A DNA stretch of 64,000 bases from Octopus bimaculoides (Eukaryota), in contig NC_068997.1 of the NCBI RefSeq assembly GCF_001194135.2, positions 45,958,498 through 46,022,497 of the forward strand, given 5' to 3'. Positions 39,901-50,000 of this stretch are shown here, in pieces. The notes beneath the pieces were generated by a model. It worked only from the letters and a program-made list of their open reading frames with translations, was not told the DNA's origin and searched no databases. Each line of letters begins with the position of its first letter. Positions within the stretch are counted from its first letter, which is position 1. The position numbers were made by a program, and so were the translations under genes.

Positions 39901-42846
39901 TTGCCCATGCATGCTTTAGATGGTTATGCAACCTACTAGAAAAAGCAACCAAATTTCCCTCTGCTATTTAATTTAAAAAAAACACGTAGTGGATGATGTA
40001 GTTCTGAAAAGAAAAAGAAAAAGACGAGATGTTCATGACTTGATCATGGGTCCCAACTGACCAGGGTTAGCATGGGAACTAAACAACTTAGAAACAATAA
40101 CAAAGTAGAAAGGAAGGAGTAAAACCATTAAAGTGAAGGCAAATCTGTAGAACATTCCTCTCGGTTTCAGTGGGAAATAATTATTTTTGCTAGTTTTTTT
40201 TTTTTTTCTATGTGCTATCAATTAATTTAGTGGAGGCGCGTGGTTAGGGTGTCAGCATCATGATCGTAAGATTGTGGTTTCGATTCCTGGAGCGGGTGAC
40301 GCGTTGTGTTCTTGAGCAAAACACTTCATTTCACGTTGCTCCAGTCCACTCAGCTGCCAAAAATGAGTAACGCTGCGATGGACTGGCGTCCCGTCCAGTT
40401 GGGAAACACATACGCCACTGAAACCGGGAAATCGGGCCCATGAGCTTGGCTAGGCTTTAAAAAGGCGCATTTTTAAATTTTTTTTTTATTTATTATCAAT
40501 TAATTTGACATCCGAACATGCTGAAAAAGATTTTTTCCCCCGCAAAACGTAGTGGCGAAGTCCTTTGCGGCATGTTTGGAGGTCAAATGAATTGATAGCA
40601 CACGTAAAATCTATGGAAAAAAGGAATTATTTCCCACCAAACGCAAATGGGGTGTTAGATCTGCGAAATTCCGATGGACTTATCCACCCCCCACTTATAC
40701 CCTCTTTTTCTATAAAGCTAGTCGTTTCCGATTGGTTTGGAAGTCATATTTGTTGATAACACACAAACAAATGGTCAGGGGAAACTCCAGGGACGAGGAG
40801 TCTGAGGTTTCCACCAGCCTCCTTCATTACCGGGAAGAAGTTCTTTGTGGCATGTCCGAAGGTCAGATTAGTTGATAACACATGGGAGAAAATGGGGAAA
40901 ATAATTAGTTCACCAAAATCGGGAAGGGTGTTCTTCTATAAATTTACCGAAGGGAATGAAGAAATTTCAGTAAAAATATTATTCTGGATTTCATGGTGGC
41001 ATTGTGTTGCATAAACTTACATTTGCTTTTGAGGAAAACTAGAGACAGTCAAAGAGGATGCGACTTGCAATCCTCTTTTCTAAATAGTTTATGGCAAAAG
41101 AGTGTTGGCACTCCGTCACTTACGACGTCGAGGGTTCCAATTGATCCGATCAACGGAACAGCCTGTTCGTGAAATTAACGTGCAAGTGGCTGAGCACTCC
41201 ACAGACACGTGTACCCTTAACGTAGTTCTCGGGGATATTCAGTGTGACACAGTGTGACAAGGCTGACCCTTTGAATTACAGGTATAACAGAAACAGGAAG
41301 TAAGAGTGAGAGAAAGTTGTGGTGAAAGAGTACAGCAGGGTTCGCCACCTTCCCCGGCCGGAGCCTCGTGGAGCTTTAGGTGTTTTCGCTCAATAAACAC
41401 TCACAACGCCCGGTCTGGGAATCGAAACCGCGATCCTATGACCGCTTCCCTAACCACTGGGCCATTGCGCCTCCGCGGCAAAAGAGTATTTCATTTCAAT
41501 CAAATCTTTTTTCTTTCTTTTTTTTTTTTTTCTTAGTCAGATGATAAGAAAAATACACATGAATCTTTACATGGTCTCTGAGACTGGAGAGAGAGAGAGA
41601 AGTATCTCGAAATTCGGCCCAAATGCTTGCAACAGAAAGAACTTCGCTGAAGGTACCCAAGGACCAAGTAACAGTGTTGAAAAAGGCGATGGATTAAGTT
41701 TACCATCCAAGTAGTCCATGGCAGGATTTGAACGCAGAATGCCAAGCGCCAGACCAAATACCACAAGTACTTCAGTTTAACATTCTTGCAGTTCGGAGAA
41801 TCCACTGCCCTCGATTGGCATTTCTTTTAATGGATCTTGAAAGGATGATAAGTAAAGTTGCCCTCGGTGGGATTTGAACTTGGAGCGCAGAGTAGGAACA
41901 AATACCGCAAAGCATTCGATAAGACGCTCTAACGACTATGCCAAGTCACCGTGCCATTGTCGTAATAGTACATGTTAATTAGTCGCTGTAGTATGAGTGA
42001 ATCTATTGTGACCGAGGAAAGATTGTAATTAATCACTATAAACTGATTAAATATTTGTTAACTGTACTATGCAGTAGATTGGAAAAAATCATTAAAACCG
42101 TTGATTAGGCGCTGGCGTAGCAAAAAGCTTGCTTCCAAATCACATGGCCCCAGATTCAGTCTCACTGCGTGGCACCTTCGACAAGTGTCTTTTACTATAG
42201 CCTTGGGCTAAACAAAGCCTTGTGAGTGGGTTTGGTAGATGGGAACTGAAAGAAACTCATCATGTGTGTGTGTGTCTTTGTGTTTGTCCACTACCACCGT
42301 TTGCAACGGTGTTGGTGTGTTTACGCCTCCGTAACGTAGCGGTTCGGCAAAATAGACCGATAGATAATAAGTACTAGGCTTGATAAAAAAGTCCTGGGTT
42401 GATTTGTTCGACTAAAAAGCCCTTCAAAACGCCGCCCCAGCATGGCCACAGTCAAATGACAGAAACAAGTTAAGGACAGAAGATATCAACGTTGGAAATA
42501 GATGAGAGAGAAAGTGGAGGGGGGGGTTAGAAGTGACAAAAGAGATGGTCGGTGTCAAAGGTTATTAAGTTTACCTGTCGGTGGCAGATTGTAAATATTT
42601 GGTGTAGTTATTGTTACTCCACTCTATATCGTTATATTTGTTGCTTCGGTAACCTTGGGTCGAGATACCCATATCGTTTCCAGTGTTTGTCATCAACACT
42701 GAATCTTCAAATGTCTCTCGCTTGGTCCTACAGTCAAGATCACCGTCTGGTCTACATTCCATCGGTGGGTGGGTGATACTCGCTTCACCCACATCGCCCG
42801 TCGGTTGGCAGGTATTTAGGTTCGGGCCCACGACACATGCAGCCAT
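30737..42846 (-). CDS. TEKT4: Tektin-4 (tektin A-type), complete 7-exon gene, 467 aa
   Basis: Exons 42575-42846, 37751-38072, 35645-35715, 34759-34902, 33355-33577, 31882-32036, 30737-30953. All introns are GT-AG with phases 2,0,2,2,0,2, giving 1404 nt open. Tektin motifs: GERIQDISFWKFELER, EMDWSDKKEALQID, TPESWAQFTHDNI, signature [9 protein letters not shown], C-terminal RYPTVLRLQGYQ*. Paralogue assignment is from recalled similarity to tektin-4/tektin A1. Confidence 0.92.
31882..32036 (-). CDS. TEKT4: TEKT4 exon 6 (tektin signature)
   Basis: [51 protein letters not shown]; cag|...|gtatgt. Confidence 0.95.
32066..32696. mobile_element. Foldback/MITE-like element with long inverted arms
   Basis: GATCTATTTTAAAACGGGGGCCACAGT and its inverse ACTGTGGCCCCTGTTTTAAAATAGATC; second internal inverted block TTTCAACCAATCACTGAC; contains a 10-N gap. 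Confidence 0.65.
33355..33577 (-). CDS. TEKT4: TEKT4 exon 5
   Basis: QSTPESWAQFTHDNIILAENERKSSIQLRE...AFQKRLQELDDAKFRHESHLKK; ag|...|gtattt. Confidence 0.93.
34401..34527. mobile_element. 127-bp Tc1/mariner-type MITE, TA target duplication
   Basis: TA|CAGGGTGTCCACAAAGTCTGG...CCAGACTTTGTGGACACCCTG|TA; interrupts a family-4 SINE. Confidence 0.92.
34759..34902 (-). CDS. TEKT4: TEKT4 exon 4
   Basis: NNRLTKQKMEMDWSDKKEALQIDSRCAILRNHHTNKQFFPGAANFQE; cag|...|gtaagt. Confidence 0.92.
35645..35715 (-). CDS. TEKT4: TEKT4 exon 3
   Basis: EVKLINNVQELLKKTIAKTEEQL; cag|...|gtaagt; 71 nt. Confidence 0.9.
37751..38072 (-). CDS. TEKT4: TEKT4 exon 2
   Basis: cag|A CAT AAC...; HNSEVIRNDSS...FWKFELER...EIPLHIATDNLNCRLRRQGIDLVEDIVEKALLQ; donor GTAACT. 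Confidence 0.95.
41103..41474 (-). mobile_element. SINE family 4, full-length copy
   Basis: Colinear with 7320-7704. Confidence 0.85.
42575..42846 (-). CDS. TEKT4: TEKT4 exon 1
   Basis: ATG at 42846; MAACVVGP...GYRSNKYNDIEWSNNNYTKYLQSATD; donor AG|GTAAAC, phase 2. Confidence 0.85.
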
Positions 42847-42991
42847 TTTGAAGTTTTATCTTTGTCTGTTATGAATGTACTTATATGAATGTAAACGTAG
42901 AGAGGAGATGGGAGTTAAAAAGAGAGAAAGAAATGTATATAAAATAGAGAGAGGGGCAAAGTGAGAGAACGATGTTTTAATCAGTAGTAGC

Positions 42992-43024
42992 GTCCTAACA
43001 ACACGCGATGGTTGCTATGGGGCC
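42992..43024. promoter_or_regulatory. Candidate RFX X-box-like sites upstream of TEKT4
   Basis: GTCCTAACAAC (42992-43002) and GTTGCTATGGGGCC (43011-43024), about 150-180 bp upstream of the ATG; imperfect matches to GTTGCYATGGYAAC. Confidence 0.45.
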
Positions 43025-45701
43025 ACGACCAAGCGAGATAAATATAAATAAATAACGAAGGGAGGTAACTCTACTCGAACTCTTGAAAATTTAATTGAAA
43101 TAGTCTGGTATGTGACGAAGACTGGATTTTAAAACTTATCAAATTTGATAAATGCCCGCTTCTCCACCCCTAATTCGTTAATTCCCTAAATCCGATGAAT
43201 CGTCAAGTATAGCTAAGTGTAGACACGAAACCAATAGTAACTTTCTGACCAGTTGTATGCCATAACTAGGAATATACTGCACGACTAAAGGTAATACAGT
43301 TCTATATTTAAGAGATGAGGAATTATGTACATTTGTACTCATCTTATTAACACAACGTTTCGGCTCATATACCCTCCAGCCTTCATCAGGTGTTTTGGGG
43401 AAATTTCGAGCCTGGGTTCTCATTCGTAAGGTATTTTTCACTGCCTGAAATCGAACTCGGAATCTTGGGGTTAGTAGCCCGCGCTCTCAACTACGCCATA
43501 TGCCCATGGGTTTTTTTCTTCAGAGCTTTCTAGATGTCGGCTACTTACATTAATTGCTGCTTTCACAGGTGGGTGATAGACTTAAGTTTCATAAACTTCT
43601 TAATCTGGCGTGTCTTCACCATTTCAAATTCTTTCATGTACGACTTTTCTAGATCTTGTTGGATTCTCTTTTTATCATCATCTCTGGTTATAATGGATCC
43701 TCTCACGGACGAGGGCATGTCCTGTCNNNNNNNNNNNNNNNNNNNNNNNNNNNNNNNNNNNNNNNNNNNNNNNNNNNNNNNNNNNNNNNNNNNNNNNNNN
43801 NNNNNNNNNNNNNNNNNNNNNNNNNNNNNNNNNNNNNNNNNNNNNNNNNNNNNNNNNNNNNNNNNNNNNNNNNNNNNNNNNNNNNNNNNNNNNNNNNNNN
43901 NNNNNNNNNNNNNNNNNNNNNNNNNNNNNNNNNNNNNNNNNNNNNNNNNNNNNNNNNNNNNNNNNNNNNNNNNNNNNNNNNNNNNNNNNNNNNNNNNNNN
44001 NNNNNNNNNNNNNNNNNNNNNNNNNNNNNNNNNNNNNNNNNNNNNNNNNNNNNNNNNNNNNNNNNNNNNNNNNNNNNNNNNNNNNNNNNNNNNNNAGGTA
44101 TTTTTCGATGTTATAATTATTATTCAGGTCACTGCCTGGAATCGAATTCGGAATCTTGGGGCAAACTTTCGCTGTTTAATTTTCACAACAAAATATGTAT
44201 TGTCTGCATGAACTGAACTAGTTTTTTTTGTAATATAATGTTAAGTTTCAGTTTCTTTTCAAATTTTTTTTTTTTTTTTGCATTCCAACATTTCACATAA
44301 CTTTATTCATTAAAACTTCCATTGTTGAATACTGTCATCATAATGTCATTATGCACAAAATGCCAGCTTCCAAATCCTGTTTTTTGACTGGGTAAAAATG
44401 ATCAAACTTTAAACCTTTGTAACATTTTACTAATTTTTCTAGAACAAATGAACACCAGATTTGACATAAAAAAATTACATCAATGTACCAAATTTGAATA
44501 TTTTCACCTAAATTTAAAATTTAAAAAAGTGAAGCCAAACAGAAAAGACTTGACTTTGTAAATCATCAGTTGATCTTAAAAGTCACCTCAGAGTACATGG
44601 ATGTATAACATTGAGCAGTTTGAGAAAAAACTGAATAATGAGGTAGCTATCACCTTTCGTAATAAAGCAATCACCATATAGTTGCAAATTTGTCTATTTC
44701 TGGCAATCGAGCAACTACAAAGCTACATTAGCAACTCCTTTTGCTGACATATGTATATATGAGGAAATGACAATGGACCAGGAGATGTGGCGATTTGCTG
44801 TACTCGATAAGACAATGTCAAGCTCAGTAGAATCACTCTGTCTTCCGCACACACAAGCTTGTCCTTTCAGATGTCGGAGCACAAAAAAAGCATCCATGCT
44901 GGTGCTGCATAAATGTGTCTGTGATAGTGACATGTAAAAAGCACCGAGCATACTCTGTTAAGTAGTTAGCGTTAGGAAGGGCATCCAGCCACAGCAGACA
45001 GTTGGAGTCCAGACAACTCCCTGCCAGCCAGCTCCATGTCAAACCACCCAATCCATGCCAGCATAGAGAGCGGACATAAAACAATGATGATGAATGAAAT
45101 TTTGCTTTAAGGCTCAAATACTGTAAATACAGAAAACACAGGCGAAACAAATTTATAAGAAAAGCAAGCATATGGTTTTTATTTGACTAATGATGGAAAA
45201 ATTATCAATCATCAGTAAATGTTTATACAACATGTGGGGTGAGCAATGTCCAGTATTAGCAGCCATATCTTTATTTATAAACTACCTTCCATATTGACAT
45301 CCAAGACCCAGTTGGTGTTCATCCATTCAGAAATGTCCTCATTACCTAAATGTTCTTCTGCCTCTATCAAGTCTCATTCCCAATTATTTCAGTTTATCAG
45401 TTAGTTCCCTCCATGAAAAAGGTAATCTTATCTGGCTGTCTAAGACCACTATCCATGAGCTCCATTGGTAACTATTAGTAAACTAACCCCCCACCACACA
45501 CCTCTCTAGACATCATGAAAGCACTTATTCCTTCTAGCCATAAACTCACTTTAAGACCCACAAGCTGTGTTCCCTATATCTTACAGATGTGAACTCCCTT
45601 GGGTTATCACGTTAGCTGTGAATTCAAATCACTTGAGTAAACGAGTTCACAGCAAATAAATCCGAGAGTATATGTTTTTTAGCATAACACTGCTTAGTGC
45701 T

Positions 45702-45707
45702 TTTATT
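45702..45707 (-). terminator. Candidate AATAAA polyadenylation signal of the SAFB-like gene
   Basis: tttatt on plus strand about 100 nt past the stop; sequence is AT-rich, so weak evidence. Confidence 0.3.
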
Positions 45708-45803
45708 GCTTGGACAAAAAAGATCATATGATGTTTTTCCTTTTCTCCATCAGGAATTAAAATATAAAAAAAAATTAAAGTGTATCTCAGACTTCATCTC
45801 CTT

Positions 45804-46453
45804 CTAGTTAAACAACCTGTTCTGACTCCCAACTGTACTTGATGGAAAGCCTTCATTTTGGTATCCTGTGTTATAAGCATTGAAATAAGGCTGTTGCATT
45901 TGTCCATTCTTGTTATTACCACCACCATGTATATTCAACATGATCCCATCCTGTGCCTGAGAATTATCAAACATATTAGTAGATTCCTGGTTGTACCCCA
46001 TCCCTTCACTGTTAGTGGATTCCTGGTTGTGCCCCATCCCTTCACTGTTAATGGGTCCCTGGTTGTACCCCATCCCTTCACTGTTAGTGGGTCCCTGGTT
46101 GTACCCCATCCCTTCACTGTTAGAGGGTCTCTGATTGTACCCCATCCCTTCACTGTTAGAGGGTCTCTGATTGTACCCCATCCCTTCACTGTTAGTAGAT
46201 TTCTGGTTGTACCCCATCCCTTCACTGTTAGTAGGTCTCTGGTTGTATCCCATCCCTTTACTGTTAGTTGTTTTACTACTGTCAACAAATGCTCCAGTAG
46301 TGTCACGCCCTGTTGAATTCACGGGGTTACCAAACCACTGGTCATTGGGTTGGTTCATGCTACTGTTGCCAATGTCTCCATACGTGTGGGACCAGCTGTC
46401 CACCTTCCTATCTACACTGCTGGAATCCCAAGATCTCTGGTTAGATCCACCAC
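45804..46453 (-). CDS. SAFB-like gene terminal exon, G/N/Q/S-rich with 12-aa repeats
   Basis: ttttag|GT GGGSNQRSWDSS...(TNSEGMGYNQxx)8...QNRLFN*; TAG at 45804-45806. Confidence 0.85.
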
Positions 46454-46980
46454 CTAAAAGGAAGACACAGAAAAGGTAGTGTTTAAAGATGCACAAATAT
46501 ATAAACTGAAAATTTCAATAAATTAATATTAAAACAGAATAATGAGAGATATAAAGAAAAGGATTGTATTGAAAGAGGGACTGCTTCAGAAGGCACAGAG
46601 AAACAGTGAAAATACTATATTCGGAAATAGAGCGTACAAAATTTCATCTGTGGGTGAGTGAGTGAAATGGAGACGGGGAAAGAGGTGATCAAAAACATCG
46701 AGTAAAATAATAGAAACTTACCAAGAGAACTTCTCATTTGACCCCTTCTATTACGAGAGGATGTATTTCGGCTGTCAGGATCTTGTTCTCGATTAGGGCC
46801 AATATAACTTCTTTCAGGTTCTCTACTTCGACCCATGTCTCTTCTTGCATCAAAGCCTATCCTGGAAAAAGAAGTAAATCAGACAGAAGAAGGGCAAATT
46901 TACTTTGTTATAGAAGTATTTAGAAACATATCTGCACAAAAGACACTTTGATATTTGGTTTCTAAAACTAAAAATTCAGC

Positions 46981-47021
<41 letters not shown>

Positions 47022-50000
47022 AAATTACCAGTTTTCATCTGTTCGAGACCAGTCATCATTTCTGCCTTGAAAATCTTGCGAAGGACCCATTTCCCAACTC
47101 GTCATTCCTCTTTCTGTCTGACCAACCCATCTTCCATAATCTGTATTGCCATATTCATTATAGCTGACAGAAAAAAAGAGAAATGACATATTATATGTAA
47201 CCATGTACCTCCTCTATAGCAAAATACCTGTTTTTGCCTCTCTGTTTTTCTGTCACACTATAACCTTTCTTCATCTGACACAAGATCACCTGCTCCAAAA
47301 TTCCTTGTCTTGCAGGTTACTTGGTGACCCTGCCAGTGCTGGTGCCACATAAAAAGCATCCAGTCCACACTGTAAAGTGGTTGGCTTTTGGAAGGGCATC
47401 CAGCTGTAAAAACCATGCCAAGACTGACCTCACCTGTGCTGGGGTTGTGTAAAAAGCACTCAGTCCACTCTGTGGGGTGGTTGGTGTTAGGAAGGGCATC
47501 CACCCATAAAAAACATGCCAAAACAGACACGGTAGCCTGGGGTAGTCTTCTACCTGGCTGGCTCCTGTCAAACCAACCGACGCCAGCATGGAAGGCAGAC
47601 AATGATGATGACGATGATGATGATATATATCATAAACACAATCATTATCATTTTAACATCTTCTTTTCCATGTTTACATGGTCTGATGGAATTCACTGAG
47701 GTGGATTTTCTACAGCCAGATGCTCTTCCAACTGCCCACCCTCACTTGCTTCCAGGTAAGGTTATATTTCCCCCTCCTAGCTGGACAAGTTTACACCTGC
47801 AACTGGAAATGATCAACACCACTTGTGTGACAGTGAGGCTTATTTACAACTATCATGCAATGACAAGGAGACACAAACACACAAATATATTACATATGAC
47901 AGGCTTCTTTCAACTTCTCTCTAACAAATCCAGCTACAAGGTTTTGGTCAGCCTGTGTCTTTAGTAGAAGATACTTGCGCAAGGTGCCACGCAGTGGGAC
48001 TGAACCTGAAAGTATATAGTTATATCATCATCATTGTTTTATGTCCGTTTTCCATGCTGGCATGGGTTGAACAGTTTGACAGGAGCTGACCAGCTGGAGA
48101 GCTGTCCATACTCCAATTGTCTGTTTTGGCATGGTTTCTACAGGTCAATGCCCTTCCTAATGCCAACCAATTTACAGTGTGCTGGATGCATTTTTACGTG
48201 CCAGCAGTACGAGTGCATTTTACATGGCATCGGCATGAGTATACACATACACACATGAGTACAAGAGGTCAAAGGCTGAGAAAGGAAAGAGAAAAATAAA
48301 CCCAATGTAAAACTACACAATTCCAGTAAATAGGAAGTAAGAAAAGAACTGACTCCATCATGCAAAACTTACTAGGATTCATTCTGGAATGGGGGTTCAT
48401 ATCTAGGAGCGTTGTTGTTATAACTGCTCCTCCTGGATCTTCTGGGTCTGTTCCAGTCTTTATCCCCACGAGGTCTCTTCATAGAATGAGTCATTTCCTC
48501 CGGTCTATTTTAAACAATAAACAGCAAAATAAAGTTAACAGAAGTAAACAACTATAGCACTGAATGCAAATAGAGGATAAGATAGTGAATAGTCTTAACT
48601 CCGAACAATAAACAAGAGTGCTTGCTATGTGGTTGTTCAAGCAACTAGAAACAGCAGCCAAATCTTTAAATCACTCTTTGTGGCTCCCTGATATAATGCT
48701 TTGCTTCCACCGTTTCCCCAGTCCTTCCAAGCCTGTCTCTTGGCTCTTATAGCACTGTCCACTTCCTTGTCCCACCACCAAGTCACCGTCGGCCTGAGAC
48801 TTTGCATCAACCACAGATTTGGTCAGCAGTACCCAGTAAACAATATATATTATGTAGATAAGTAAGGGAAAAGTGTATCTGTTTATTCCACTATTAGTTT
48901 ATACACACACATACATATGTGTGAGAGTAAGTATGTATATACACAAACATATAATACATGCATGAATATATGGGTGTGAGAGAGTGTGTACACAGACAAA
49001 TACACATATAACGCAGATGTTTATATAGTCACACACAAGAAGTCAAAATTGAGAAAAGAAAAAGAAAAAAAAAGGGGGGGGGGAATTAATGTTAAACATC
49101 ACAATTTCAGTGAATAAGAAATTGATGAAACCCTGCAGACAGGGTTTCCAGTACACACAGCTTACCGAGATTCATTCTGGAATGGAAGATCAAATCTAGA
49201 AGTGTTGTTATAATTGCTCATGCTGGGTTGATTGGGTTCATCATGTTGTTTCCTTTGATTCAGAGATTTCTGTATGGAATGTATAAGTTCTCTCAGCCTG
49301 TTTTAAAGAATAAGCAACAAATGAAGTTAACAATTGCTGCACTGAATGATAGCAGGTAATGGGAAAAGGGAGTAAATAGTCTTAAATCCGAATAATACAC
49401 AACTAAGCTAAGAAGAGCTAAGAAGCGTACTTCTATGTGATTACTCAATGAAAAACAACAGCCAAATCTTTGACAAAATCACTATTTATTGGCTTAAAAT
49501 TTTAAATGGATGCAACAGATAATGTAGGCCTACATTATGTCTAAAAATAGATGAAATGATCAAGACTGGAGTACCTTTGATCAAAGGTCTGCTCAATTTG
49601 ATGAAACCTAGGAGTAAACAACACTAGCTGTGGATTTAGAACCACAAAACAAGAACAATTAATGACTAGTGTTGACCTCTATGAAAAGCTGGTATATGCA
49701 CCAACACTGACCAACACAGAGGCTGGTGCATGCACCAACACTGATCTACATGAAGACTATTGTTTACAACAAAACTCATCTATATATCAGCACATGTTTA
49801 GATCAACATGGGTTTTATACAGTTAAAATCAAAAGTAAAAGTTAAGACTTTTAAATAACAAGCAAAATTACTGTTTAAGTTTTTCTTCAATTTGTCTTTC
49901 AACTTTCTTTTGAACATTTGGGAAAGGAAACGTTTCTTGCTTCTTCATTTGTTTTTCTTCAGGGATATCCAAGTGGCTTACACCTTCCAAAACTCTCCCA

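Noticed and set aside
40500-41000. Degenerate ~290-bp tandem duplication
   Set aside because: Too diverged to interpret; no coding or structural signal
45858-46479. Long ORFs in other frames and strands (VPHPFTVSG..., LTVKGWGTTRDP..., LYPIPSLL...)
   Set aside because: Shadow frames of the 36-bp repeat; only the 45804 frame links to the upstream exons by splice phase
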